Origin: a virus
DNA: 64,000 bases
Virus record (IMG/VR): IMGVR_UViG_3300034691_000040
Span: 62,848 to 126,847 of that record
Reading direction: 5' to 3' (one strand)
This document shows, piece after piece, positions 1 through 9,082 of the stretch. Every line of letters starts with the position of its first letter. The first letter of the stretch is position 1. The notes beneath the pieces were generated by a model that saw only the letters and a program-made list of their open reading frames with translations, had not been told where the DNA came from and made no database searches. The position numbers and the translations under genes were made by a program.

Positions 1-735
1 GCCGTTGTTACCCGCAGTGATTTTCAAATCGCGTGTAATGTTAGCGATCAGGTCCTGAGGGGCAAACATCTTGATGTCTTTCTTATCCAGCTTAACAAAG
101 GTACCTTTATCGTTCTGAAGGTGGATAAGGGAAAGAGCGCTGACAAGATTGATCAAATTACCGACGTCATCCGTCAGGTTGAATTCACCTTTCTTGGTGT
201 CGAAATACATCTCGTACAAGAACGGTTCACCATCGGACTTAGACGTACAGAAAGCCAGTCGTTTACTGTGGGTCGAAAACTCAATCCAGTACATGTTTTC
301 AGGAGTGAGTGAATTAGCATTTTCGTCCTGTGTGTTAGAGATACCGATGATGATAGTCTCAAGCTTGAACAGGCCATGGTCAAGACCCATGTCTCTCCAG
401 TAGTACTTGTCTTCATCGGCCGCCTGAAGGATCTCGACGCGCACACCTCTTCGCACATCAGGAGGGGTTAGGCGGTTACTGCATGCGCCAGGTAGCCATT
501 GCGCCTTGATCGTGTTAGTGCCGACGATAGCACCTTTAACTGAAACGCCATCCTGGTCCTTAGTCTCATACTCCATGACGGTGGCATTTTGAGTCATCTC
601 ACCATCGCGCATACCGATCCATTCGGTTGGGATGATTTCAACGTCAGTGCAAAAACTACCATCGGCATTGGTGATAGGTTTGTTACCATCAATACGACCT
701 TGACCGACTGTGCGGAATACAGATACTTGACTCAT
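1..735 (-). CDS. Central tail spike / baseplate puncturing protein (phiKZ gp164-like), truncated by the window edge
   Basis: Manual translation from ATG 735 gives 245 open codons (MSQVSVFRTVGQGRIDG...RLTPPDVRRGVRVEILQAADEDKYYW...). The PDVRRG...YYW motif is typical of gpV/gp5-type OB folds, and the position divergent from sbcC matches phiKZ synteny. Absent from the ORF track because its stop lies outside the window. Confidence 0.7.
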   Translation of the reverse strand, partial: MSQVSVFRTVGQGRIDGNKPITNADGSFCTDVEIIPTEWIGMRDGEMTQNATVMEYETKDQDGVSVKGAIVGTNTIKAQWLPGACSNRLTPPDVRRGVRVEILQAADEDKYYWRDMGLDHGLFKLETIIIGISNTQDENANSLTPENMYWIEFSTHSKRLAFCTSKSDGEPFLYEMYFDTKKGEFNLTDDVGNLINLVSALSLIHLQNDKGTFVKLDKKDIKMFAPQDLIANITRDLKITAGNNG

Positions 736-805
736 CTCAACACCTTGTAAATAAAAGTTAACGAAACACACTGATAATACAATGACAATGTGCCGAGTAT
801 AAGCC

Positions 806-3241
806 ATGTTTTTCGAAGAAATTATCATGAACCAGTGCAACCGTACTGCACTCAACGGTAAAAACTCGTTCACCATTCGCCCTACCGAAAAAGCCCAAAT
901 GGTTCTAGGTACTAACGGTAGTGGCAAGTCTAGCCTCATAGAGATCGGCTTCTCTCCACTCCCTCCCGAGATTACAGACTTCGACGATGGCGGATCTTTG
1001 ATTCAAACGGTCTTTCATAAAGGCCATCGTTATCGTCTCGAAAACCACCTCAGCGGTAAGTGGACGTATTCATTTTCAATCGATGGTGGCGAGAACCTGA
1101 ATAAGGGGCGTAACGTCACCGCACAGCTGGAGTTGATTAAGCACCACTTGGGTTGGACAAAAGACCTGCGTGACTTCTTGTTAGGTAAACTTGAATTCAC
1201 GAAGATGTCCACCGGCCAACGTCGTGATTGGATCGCTAAGTTTTCATCAGTTGACTTTGATTACGCATTCGGTCTATACAAAGGATTCCAGAAAGAATAC
1301 GGTGCGTCTAAAACAGTCGAGAAGTATCTGCGTGACCAGATGGGATTTGCCCGTAAGGAAACCATCCCGCTTGAAGATTTGGAAGCTATGCGTAAGACAG
1401 CGCTTGAGCTGCGTGAAACACTCAAGCTGCTGATGAACGAACCCAAACACTTCACCGGCGACGAAGTCAGCACTAAAGAACAAATCCAGTGGCTGATCGA
1501 TGAAGTGAATCGGTCCACGCATGAGTTCGCATATTCCGAGTATCCTGAAACGCTTGATGCTAACAGCGTTGATGAATTGCGGGAGATGTCAGCAGGTCTG
1601 TTGGCTAGCGTTAACCAACTTACTGGCGAACTCAAAGTAAACGGAGAGCATCTCGATAAGCTCCGTAGTCGGAAGATGAAAGCCGATAACCTTCTGTCCG
1701 TTCCCGTTGACGAACTTCAGAATGAATTGTCTCAGTTACAAGCTGAGATCGTGGCGTTACCTAAGTCACTGACCGGCTTACACGACAGTTTACTGATTCC
1801 TGCCGATCGGCCTATTGCTGAACTGCGCCGGGTGATCAATGAGATCCCAGCGGTTATGGCTTCTCGTAAAGAGGTGGAGGAGATCAACGAAAAGGTTTAC
1901 GCTAAGAAAAACCGCGTAGACAAGATCCATGGTCTGCTTGAAGACATTGATCGTCAAATCATGCACATCCATCGCTGTGCTGAAGTCCAGTGCCCTTCTT
2001 GCAATACGTTATTTAAACCCGGTATCGAAGCAGGCAGGCTTGAAGAACTGAATGCCAGATACCAGAACGGTCACAATCTAACGGCTGTAGAGCTGACTGA
2101 ACTTAATGACCTTAACGATAAGCAAAATGCTATTCGTGAAAACATTCGACTGTACGACCAGCTTGAAGAACTGAAGATTCAGTACCAGGGTAGTTATCCT
2201 GGGCTGTTTACTTATCTGGAACAATCCGGTTGGGCAAAGCTTGGCGCAGGTTTGGCTGAGAAGACATCCGTGTATTACCGCGATGAGCAATTGGCCCGTA
2301 AGCGTGAAAAGCTCAACACGCGCATTAAAGAGATTGAACAAGTCTTCGCAATGCTGCGTGAAGAGGCGCCGGAGCTTGCAGGTGCGCGTGATGCTTATCT
2401 TGAAACAGAGGATGAGTACAACCGCATCTTTAACTCCATCCGTGATCTGAAGCTTCGCAGGATTCGGGTTGAAACAGTCATTCGAAACCATACCGAATAC
2501 AGTGAGCGTCTGGACTACTGCAACGAGACCTACGCAAAGCTACGTCAATCGCTGATTGATTTTGCTAACCACCGTGCTGATACCATGGTGGAAGGACTGA
2601 TCCGTAAGACACTCGAAACCCTGGGCGTTCATGAACAGGCTATCACAGAAAATGAATCCCATGAAACCGTGCTTAAAGATCTGGAGATCAAACACAGTAA
2701 ATCGCTGATCCAGTTGGAGGCCGCTAAGTGCCTTGTGGACGCGATGTGTCCAAAGACAGGTCTCATTGCAGAGCAAATCAGTTTGCAGCTCACGGGCATT
2801 ATCTCGGGCGTCAATGAGATGATTCAGCGAGTATGGGGCTATCCTCTTTACATCTCCGCAGGTATGGAGTTTGATGAAGAGCTTAATTACAAGTTCCCAC
2901 TGACGGTCGATACGAAACAACGCCCCGACATTGCAAATGGCAGCGGTGCGAGTCTTGACATCATCAATGAAGCCTTCAGACTGACCAGCTATTACTGCAT
3001 GGACTTGGTTGACTATCCGCTCTACTTGGATGAACTAGGTGCCACGTTCGATGAAGTCCATCGGCAGAACCTTATTCCCCTGATGAAAGATTTGATCGAC
3101 AATGATCGTTTCTCTCAAGTGTTGATCATCAGTCACAGCCTCGACGGCCAAACGGCGTTCCCTAACTCCGAGACTATTATTTTGGATGACCGGAACATCA
3201 ACTATCCTCACCAATATAACCGCCATGTGGAGTTCGCATGA
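806..3241 (+). CDS. sbcC: SbcC/Rad50-like SMC ATPase
   Basis: Walker A GTNGSGKSS, long coiled coils with central CPSC zinc hook, Walker B PLYLDELG and D-loop, H-loop ISHS. Confidence 0.92.
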   Translation: MFFEEIIMNQCNRTALNGKNSFTIRPTEKAQMVLGTNGSGKSSLIEIGFSPLPPEITDFDDGGSLIQTVFHKGHRYRLENHLSGKWTYSFSIDGGENLNKGRNVTAQLELIKHHLGWTKDLRDFLLGKLEFTKMSTGQRRDWIAKFSSVDFDYAFGLYKGFQKEYGASKTVEKYLRDQMGFARKETIPLEDLEAMRKTALELRETLKLLMNEPKHFTGDEVSTKEQIQWLIDEVNRSTHEFAYSEYPETLDANSVDELREMSAGLLASVNQLTGELKVNGEHLDKLRSRKMKADNLLSVPVDELQNELSQLQAEIVALPKSLTGLHDSLLIPADRPIAELRRVINEIPAVMASRKEVEEINEKVYAKKNRVDKIHGLLEDIDRQIMHIHRCAEVQCPSCNTLFKPGIEAGRLEELNARYQNGHNLTAVELTELNDLNDKQNAIRENIRLYDQLEELKIQYQGSYPGLFTYLEQSGWAKLGAGLAEKTSVYYRDEQLARKREKLNTRIKEIEQVFAMLREEAPELAGARDAYLETEDEYNRIFNSIRDLKLRRIRVETVIRNHTEYSERLDYCNETYAKLRQSLIDFANHRADTMVEGLIRKTLETLGVHEQAITENESHETVLKDLEIKHSKSLIQLEAAKCLVDAMCPKTGLIAEQISLQLTGIISGVNEMIQRVWGYPLYISAGMEFDEELNYKFPLTVDTKQRPDIANGSGASLDIINEAFRLTSYYCMDLVDYPLYLDELGATFDEVHRQNLIPLMKDLIDNDRFSQVLIISHSLDGQTAFPNSETIILDDRNINYPHQYNRHVEFA

Positions 3242-3570
3242 ATAAACGTAAAATTGTCATCATTTCACACTGGCAACCTTTGCTTGATCAAATGAAAGAT
3301 ATCATGAGCGACTGCCTTGAGTTGTCTAGTGAGGCTCAACTCGAATCTGCTAAATATAAAGTCTTTGGGAACGGCGTAGTCCCCTTTACATTTCATCTTA
3401 ACCAAGACCAGCCAGAAGTTGGTAGTGTGTTAGAGGTTGGTGGGATTTCTGACTACGTCTATTTTCAAGATCCGGTCGATCAGGGGCAAGATATAGTTGA
3501 GTTCATAGACCCTCCTGGGTTTGAAAGATTATTGCCTGGGGTATATGAAGTGAGATCGCGTCCAATCTAA
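3238..3570 (+). CDS. Hypothetical protein (110 aa)
   Basis: ATGA overlap with the sbcC stop. Confidence 0.65.
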   Translation: MNKRKIVIISHWQPLLDQMKDIMSDCLELSSEAQLESAKYKVFGNGVVPFTFHLNQDQPEVGSVLEVGGISDYVYFQDPVDQGQDIVEFIDPPGFERLLPGVYEVRSRPI

Positions 3571-3584
3571 AAGATGGAGTTCCC

Positions 3585-3755
3585 ATGATTACTGCAACGA
3601 CTGTGTTAAACGCATCATTGTTGTCATCGCTCTTTGCCATCTGCGTCGGTTACTTGGCCGGAGAGAAGAAATTAGGGGCTGGTTTTTTGGTCTCTGTCAT
3701 CGTTACTGAGCTGATTGTGACCGCTGTTATTGGCGCGATCTACTGGGGTGCGTGA
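3585..3755 (+). CDS. Small membrane protein with two hydrophobic segments (56 aa)
   Basis: Manual translation MITATTVLNASLLSSLFAICVGYLAGEKKLGAGFLVSVIVTELIVTAVIGAIYWGA; SD GGAG; TGATG coupling to the next gene. Confidence 0.7.
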   Translation: MITATTVLNASLLSSLFAICVGYLAGEKKLGAGFLVSVIVTELIVTAVIGAIYWGA

Positions 3756-3991
3756 TGGATAAGGAAGATTACGCGTTCCCTGAGGATGAGTTCTTCGGGG
3801 TCTGTACGGTGTCATCTTTCAGGGATGGAAAGATGTACGTCAGTACAGAGAATCAAAAGGTTGGGGTGAATATCCCCGCGGGTGAGAATTGGGACAGTCA
3901 TTTCAAGAAAGGCGATACGCTCGAAGTGTACATCGCTCCCGATAATTTCACTCATTACAAAAAGTATTCGCCAGAAGTAAACGATGATTAA
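3755..3991 (+). CDS. Hypothetical protein (78 aa)
   Basis: ATG overlaps the upstream TGA; followed by a hairpin. Confidence 0.7.
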   Translation: MDKEDYAFPEDEFFGVCTVSSFRDGKMYVSTENQKVGVNIPAGENWDSHFKKGDTLEVYIAPDNFTHYKKYSPEVNDD

Positions 3992-3994
3992 CAG

Positions 3995-4027
3995 CATACA
4001 CCCCGGTCATTGCGACCGGGGTGTATG
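3995..4027. terminator. CATA/TATG-flanked hairpin at a convergent junction (probable bidirectional terminator)
   Basis: Perfect 14-bp stem CATACACCCCGGTC, loop ATTGC; T-rich tail on the + strand. Confidence 0.75.
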
Positions 4028-4042
4028 TCTGCTTCTTTTCTT

Positions 4043-4687
4043 TTACGTACCCGGCGGCGTACCACCCATGTCAATGATGACCTGCTGCAATTGTTCAATC
4101 ACCGTAACCAGTTCAGCGTTACTTTGGGTCAGACTTGCGACTTGGTCTTGAAGGACCAGGACCTTTGCATAATCGGTCGTCCGGTTCTTGATAGCCGCAT
4201 TGCGCGCTGCCAAGTTCTGTACGTACTGTTCTTGCGTGATCGCATCCGCGGTAGGTGCGACGCAAAGCATGATGGTTGGCACCACACCAATGTCATCAGA
4301 GATAGCCTTGCCGTATGCCGCCATCGCACGGGTGAAGTCGTAGGTGTCGGGAAGCATACCTAAGTCAGCCGCCATGACCACACGTTGATGCGGCACCACA
4401 TCCATGTTCGGGTACGAATCGATATACGTGTCTGGCACGTACAAAGGTTTCTGCGTGTCCGACAGCAGCGTGATAACCGCAGCGCCTGCTACTTTGTCTG
4501 CATCGTAATCAGTCGTCGATAACCCAACTGGCGTATATACCAACGCCATCGGGTCAAGACCCTGACTGATCATTTCCTCAAACGTTCGTTCAGCGCCTAC
4601 GCGATAAACAATGTTTGCCAGCGCGGTAAACGGGATACGTAAGGAGAAAAGCCCCTTAGTCCCCAGAGGGGGCGTGATACGTGCCAT
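4043..4687 (-). CDS. Conserved phiKZ-like virion protein with C-terminal coiled coil
   Basis: 214 aa; SD GGGGAG; co-oriented with the upstream virion gene; synteny. Confidence 0.6.
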   Translation of the reverse strand: MARITPPLGTKGLFSLRIPFTALANIVYRVGAERTFEEMISQGLDPMALVYTPVGLSTTDYDADKVAGAAVITLLSDTQKPLYVPDTYIDSYPNMDVVPHQRVVMAADLGMLPDTYDFTRAMAAYGKAISDDIGVVPTIMLCVAPTADAITQEQYVQNLAARNAAIKNRTTDYAKVLVLQDQVASLTQSNAELVTVIEQLQQVIIDMGGTPPGT

Positions 4688-4700
4688 GAGTCACTCCCCG

Positions 4701-6029
4701 TCAGACGGTGGTCAATTGATCGACGCTGTACTTGGTAACCACCAGGTAAAGGAACTTGTTATAGCTCTTGGCGAGGTAAACGATGCCGTCACGAACTACC
4801 CGGTTAAAACCCGCTGGAACGCCTGAGTTCAACGTGAGTTCTTCAGCGTACATCAACATTGGATCGAGCACCGTGTTGATGAACACTCGCGTCTTCTCAT
4901 TCATCATGCCGAAGTCAACATGAGTAGTCGGGACGTTCATGTAGTCAGGGAAAACCTGATTGAGCACATTGACAGCGTCACGGTTCTCAGGACCACCTAC
5001 CACCGCCAGCATCAAGGAGCGAAACTGACTCGGTACGCTTGAGATCACAGCGGCAATGTGTTCATTGGTGTACTTGACACCTTTACAGGTTTTGTAGCAC
5101 AACGCCAACGCAGGGACGTGCTGCGCAATCCCAGAGAAGGTGCTGATCTGACGATCGCCACCAGGGACCGCTACATTCTGCCACAACGGCGTCATGATGA
5201 ACTCTGTAGAGGTGAACAGATCTGGAAAGATCGCTGCCCATTCATCGCGGGTATGGCTGGAATTCAGCAGGATGTAATCGCGGATAGCTTCTTTGATCGC
5301 ATCCAGGTTGTTACCAGCAGCGCCGTAGACCAACGAGATCCAGTTGGTATCAATCTTCAGCGCTTTGTTGTTGACGTCTTGCCAGGTGAACACGTCGAGA
5401 CGCTGATAGGTCTCTGGGTATGCTCCGCGAACAGTAGCGATGCGCTCGAACACCTCCGATTGGTTGATCGCATCAACCAGAAGCTTGACCGCGTCGTAAT
5501 CATTGAAGAACTGATCGAGAGGGATCAGTGGAACGATCGGTAGGATTTCGAATTCGTCGAACTGGTTAAAGAACGCATCATCCGCAAACCAGATCCGCCA
5601 GCTATCGGTTGCCGACTGACCCTTAGGTGCAATCGTGATATACTCCGGACACCAGAACGTTTTGAACTGGACCATCCTGCCGGAGTCGATGAAATCGAAG
5701 GTGTCGCCGAATGCTGTGATGAAGGCTTGTTGAAACACGTCCTTGACTTCAGTGAACGCATTCAGACGTGCTTGAAGGTACGTCCAGTTAACGGCTTTCA
5801 GCGCACTGTTGGCTACGGCATCGGGAACCGGAGTGATGACATCGTTAACTTTGTAACCGAAGCCTACCAGGACTTCTTCAGGGTAGTCGATCGACACATG
5901 CAAGGTGTTTTGTTTGACAAACGTCAGGGATAGCTTTGAAAGCTCACCGACGGGTGCCACGACGCCTGGCGCGTTATCGGTCAATGCCCCGATATGGGCA
6001 AACGCCTTAAATATATTCACAAATGACAC
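4701..6029 (-). CDS. Virion structural protein (phiKZ gp157-like)
   Basis: 442-aa ORF between sbcC and RNase H, as recalled for phiKZ-like phages. Confidence 0.6.
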   Translation of the reverse strand: MSFVNIFKAFAHIGALTDNAPGVVAPVGELSKLSLTFVKQNTLHVSIDYPEEVLVGFGYKVNDVITPVPDAVANSALKAVNWTYLQARLNAFTEVKDVFQQAFITAFGDTFDFIDSGRMVQFKTFWCPEYITIAPKGQSATDSWRIWFADDAFFNQFDEFEILPIVPLIPLDQFFNDYDAVKLLVDAINQSEVFERIATVRGAYPETYQRLDVFTWQDVNNKALKIDTNWISLVYGAAGNNLDAIKEAIRDYILLNSSHTRDEWAAIFPDLFTSTEFIMTPLWQNVAVPGGDRQISTFSGIAQHVPALALCYKTCKGVKYTNEHIAAVISSVPSQFRSLMLAVVGGPENRDAVNVLNQVFPDYMNVPTTHVDFGMMNEKTRVFINTVLDPMLMYAEELTLNSGVPAGFNRVVRDGIVYLAKSYNKFLYLVVTKYSVDQLTTV

Positions 6030-6130
6030 CTCGGGTGTTTTAGCAATAAAGGTATGCGTGCTTAAAGGTGTAAAGACACACTCCGTGTAAGTCTGAAACT
6101 ATACTATTTCCAAAAGAGAAGGGATTTGCT

Positions 6131-6622
6131 GTGACGATCCTCTTAATCCTAAAATCTATCTTTCCTTTTCTGCGAGAATGGTTTCTCAAAGAGAAGGCCC
6201 TGCAGGAGATCGTAGCACAGAATAAATTGGCGTGTTTCCTACTTTGCTGCATTCTGGTTATGTTTATTGTGTTTACCCGAGTGAGCGATTCCGCCAACAA
6301 AGTCTTCGATGATCTCAACACTGCCAACCAACAGCTTGGGTTCAATACCACCGTCATTGCTGATTTACGTGAACGTGTTGTCACACTTGAAGCTGAAAAG
6401 AAGCAGTTAATGGAACATGCGCTAGGGAAAGGCCCTGCTCCGAAAGATGTAACACCACCTCCGTCGGAGGCTGTTCCTCAAACACTACAACTCCAGCCTG
6501 ATCCAGATAAAAATACTAAGAAGGATACTGTAAAAGGTAAGCCTCCAGGCCAGAGAGCACGTAGAGATGTCGAAGAGAAATCTTTGCGTGAGTATGTCGA
6601 AGAGCAGTTAAAGACACTTTAA
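6131..6622 (+). CDS. Putative inner-membrane spanin (Rz-like)
   Basis: One TM helix (LACFLLCCILVMFIVF), then a coiled coil and a Pro-rich linker; directly upstream of a lipoprotein. Confidence 0.6.
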   Translation: MTILLILKSIFPFLREWFLKEKALQEIVAQNKLACFLLCCILVMFIVFTRVSDSANKVFDDLNTANQQLGFNTTVIADLRERVVTLEAEKKQLMEHALGKGPAPKDVTPPPSEAVPQTLQLQPDPDKNTKKDTVKGKPPGQRARRDVEEKSLREYVEEQLKTL

Positions 6623-6640
6623 CCTTTCCCGGATACAGCC

Positions 6641-7048
6641 ATGAAAAAATATAAAACTCACTTATTGCTTCAGCTTCCGCTGTTATTGCTGGGCTCGTGC
6701 ACACCAGTAATTCCAGCGACCAGTATTACTGTTTATACAAACAACGGCGGCCAGCCTGGGCAGTATCAGGTGCACGATGACCAGGGTGGTGCAATGCCAT
6801 CACTCCGATCATCGTCAAACGCAACGCCCATTCGTGATTGTGTCACAGCCATTGATAACGATCTACCCGACCCTGTTGAAATTGGCCTACCTAATCTTTC
6901 AAAGATTGAAGGTAAGACAAAGAATGAGCTCAATAAAGCAGTGGTCGATTTATTGCTCGCCCACATTAAACTGCAGCGTAATGAAATCACAAGGATGCAA
7001 AGAGAACGCAAGTGTCTGATTGCCGAGATACGGTCAAAGCGAGTTTGA
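6641..7048 (+). CDS. Putative outer-membrane spanin lipoprotein (Rz1-like)
   Basis: Basic N-terminus, Leu-rich h-region, lipobox L-G-S-C20; Pro-rich mature part with two more Cys. Confidence 0.65.
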   Translation: MKKYKTHLLLQLPLLLLGSCTPVIPATSITVYTNNGGQPGQYQVHDDQGGAMPSLRSSSNATPIRDCVTAIDNDLPDPVEIGLPNLSKIEGKTKNELNKAVVDLLLAHIKLQRNEITRMQRERKCLIAEIRSKRV

Positions 7049-7108
7049 TCAAAAACTACAGAAGTGACCTATCATTTAGACAGTCATTACACTTCAAGGT
7101 TTCTTGAC

Positions 7109-8608
7109 ATGACCGACACACCTACAGCAGTTCGAGCAGTTCTGTACTGCGATGGCGGGTTTGACCCGCACAGTAAAGTTGGTGGGCGTGGCGTCCACGG
7201 TTACACGTATCTTCCGGATCTCCCTAAGAAGGGAACGGGTAACCCTAAGGCAGTGCCAACTGACAAAGGTTACATGTTTGAAAGTAAAGATCCGGACATT
7301 GAAAACTGTGTTGGCAATAAGGTCACGCCGGTAAGCTACATCGATGCATGTTCCGGCAGACCGCGGTACGAGTGTAACAATGAAGCTGAACTTGATGCGT
7401 TCCTGTTAGCGCTGGATTGGCTTACTCGACATGACCACATCGAGCATGTGCAAATCATCTCAGATAGCCGTTACGTCGTTCAGGGCTTTAATAACCATTT
7501 ACGCAAGTGGAAGGCCAAAGGTTGGCTGAACGCTAAGGGCGTACCTCCTCAGTATCTGCCCATGTGGCAGAAGGTTCTGGAGATGGCAGACTGGGGTGTT
7601 GTCCGTGGGTTGGACCTCAAGCTTAGTTGGGCCAAAGGACATACTGGCGAAATGGGTAACACGCGTGCTGACGACCTAGCAACGCGTGGCAAGGTGTTGG
7701 GTCAGACTCGTAACCCAGCCGTCATTGAAAACTTTAAAGAGGCTCAAGGGTATTGGGGGACTAAAGATTCGCAGGTTCCTCGTATCCTCCAAGCACCTCG
7801 CTGGTACTTTTCAACAACGGATCTTGAATACAAACGTGATGACGGATCTCACATTTATTACACCGGCTGTCATGGTGGCAAAGATAAAGAAGATGATCTT
7901 TTCGGCAAGCCGTATGCCGATAACTTCATGGGTGTGGTTCGGGTAAAAGAACCTGATCCGGTAATGGAATGCTTGCGTCTGAATGCAATCGCCAAAGATG
8001 TAAATCGCATTGGGTTTATCATCATTGGTCACCTCGATGCAATCTTCGCACAGAAGACGTATAAGGAGTTGACCCAGCACCAGACCACGTTCCTGTATAG
8101 CAATCCAAAACGCTTCGATGTCCTTGATGCTAATAAGAAATCCATTCTTGCAGAGCTGCGGCCAGCAGGTCTCGGATTCCGTGGTGTGAATCAGTGGAGA
8201 AGCCTTACCCGTGTACTTGACCGAGTGATTGAAGGAAGTAACGTTTATCGGGTAACTGATTTAACTGACCTACTTTATGAGGAACAAGGCACCAAAAAGG
8301 TGGTTCGTAAACTCAAGTCAATCATATCCCCTGTGACTAAGCATCTTGATGTGGACGTCGAGTTTAACCTTGAGAGCTCGAAGGATGAGCCAAAGCCGTT
8401 CAAGGATAAGGTTCGTTTGATCTTAGGTGGCGACATCCTGACTCGTAACCAGCTTGCTGCACTTGCAGAAGATGTTAAGTCTGTGAAGGTAGTGACCTGG
8501 CGAGATTCGGAAGTAGTGGGTCGTTATGCAACACTGGTCGAACTGAATTCGGGTGACATTGGACTTTGGGCAAGAACTGAAGCTAATATCTACTACGCGG
8601 TCAAGTAA
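7109..8608 (+). CDS. rnhA: RNase HI with long C-terminal extension
   Basis: Motifs LYCDGG, NNEAEL, ISDSRYV, KGHTGEMGNTRADDLA. ATG 7109 preferred; GTG 7064 possible. Confidence 0.9.
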   Translation: MTDTPTAVRAVLYCDGGFDPHSKVGGRGVHGYTYLPDLPKKGTGNPKAVPTDKGYMFESKDPDIENCVGNKVTPVSYIDACSGRPRYECNNEAELDAFLLALDWLTRHDHIEHVQIISDSRYVVQGFNNHLRKWKAKGWLNAKGVPPQYLPMWQKVLEMADWGVVRGLDLKLSWAKGHTGEMGNTRADDLATRGKVLGQTRNPAVIENFKEAQGYWGTKDSQVPRILQAPRWYFSTTDLEYKRDDGSHIYYTGCHGGKDKEDDLFGKPYADNFMGVVRVKEPDPVMECLRLNAIAKDVNRIGFIIIGHLDAIFAQKTYKELTQHQTTFLYSNPKRFDVLDANKKSILAELRPAGLGFRGVNQWRSLTRVLDRVIEGSNVYRVTDLTDLLYEEQGTKKVVRKLKSIISPVTKHLDVDVEFNLESSKDEPKPFKDKVRLILGGDILTRNQLAALAEDVKSVKVVTWRDSEVVGRYATLVELNSGDIGLWARTEANIYYAVK

Positions 8609-8634
8609 ACCCACAGGGCCGCAGAGGTCTCGTC

Positions 8635-9033
8635 ATGAGTGCTAAAGCGTTGGAGGGGGAAGCCTTTGAAACTAAAGCTAACCCCCAGGTAAAACAACTG
8701 AGCATGAAGCGGTTGATATTCCTTTCATCGCTGTACTTTAAGATACGCGGCATCAAGGACCCGGCCAAGGAGTTGCTTATTGATCTTAATAAGCGCTTTG
8801 GTCTGGCCTACCGTGAAAGCTCACTGAAACTCCCAGCTGCAATGAGTAACATCCTCTGGTTCAGGACGAATGCCAAAGAAGCGTTCGAAACCTACTTAGA
8901 GGATGAGTCGCAACTGAATACCCTCGCCTGCGACCTCGTCGGCTGCTGCCCGGAATGGGCAAGATACGGTGACCAATCGTGTCTCATCAAGGATGCGAAG
9001 GCCGTGTTTTCGTACGCCCGTTCAAAACTGTAA
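8635..9033 (+). CDS. Conserved hypothetical protein (132 aa)
   Basis: SD AGAGGT; last gene of the RNase H operon. Confidence 0.7.
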   Translation: MSAKALEGEAFETKANPQVKQLSMKRLIFLSSLYFKIRGIKDPAKELLIDLNKRFGLAYRESSLKLPAAMSNILWFRTNAKEAFETYLEDESQLNTLACDLVGCCPEWARYGDQSCLIKDAKAVFSYARSKL

Positions 9034-9037
9034 TACG

Positions 9038-9072
9038 GCATATACGCCCGGCATTGAGCCGGGCGTATATGC
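9038..9072. terminator. CATA/TATG-flanked hairpin at a convergent junction
   Basis: Perfect 15-bp stem GCATATACGCCCGGC, loop ATTGA; no U-tract. Confidence 0.7.
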
Positions 9073-9082
9073 TGCTACTGAG

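Noticed and set aside
6030-6130. Isolated TATG/TATAG words in divergent spacers (also 25599-25663, 43791 and 62555) as late promoters
   Set aside because: Plausible given the phiKZ consensus, but a 4-mer occurs by chance too often to call without TSS data.
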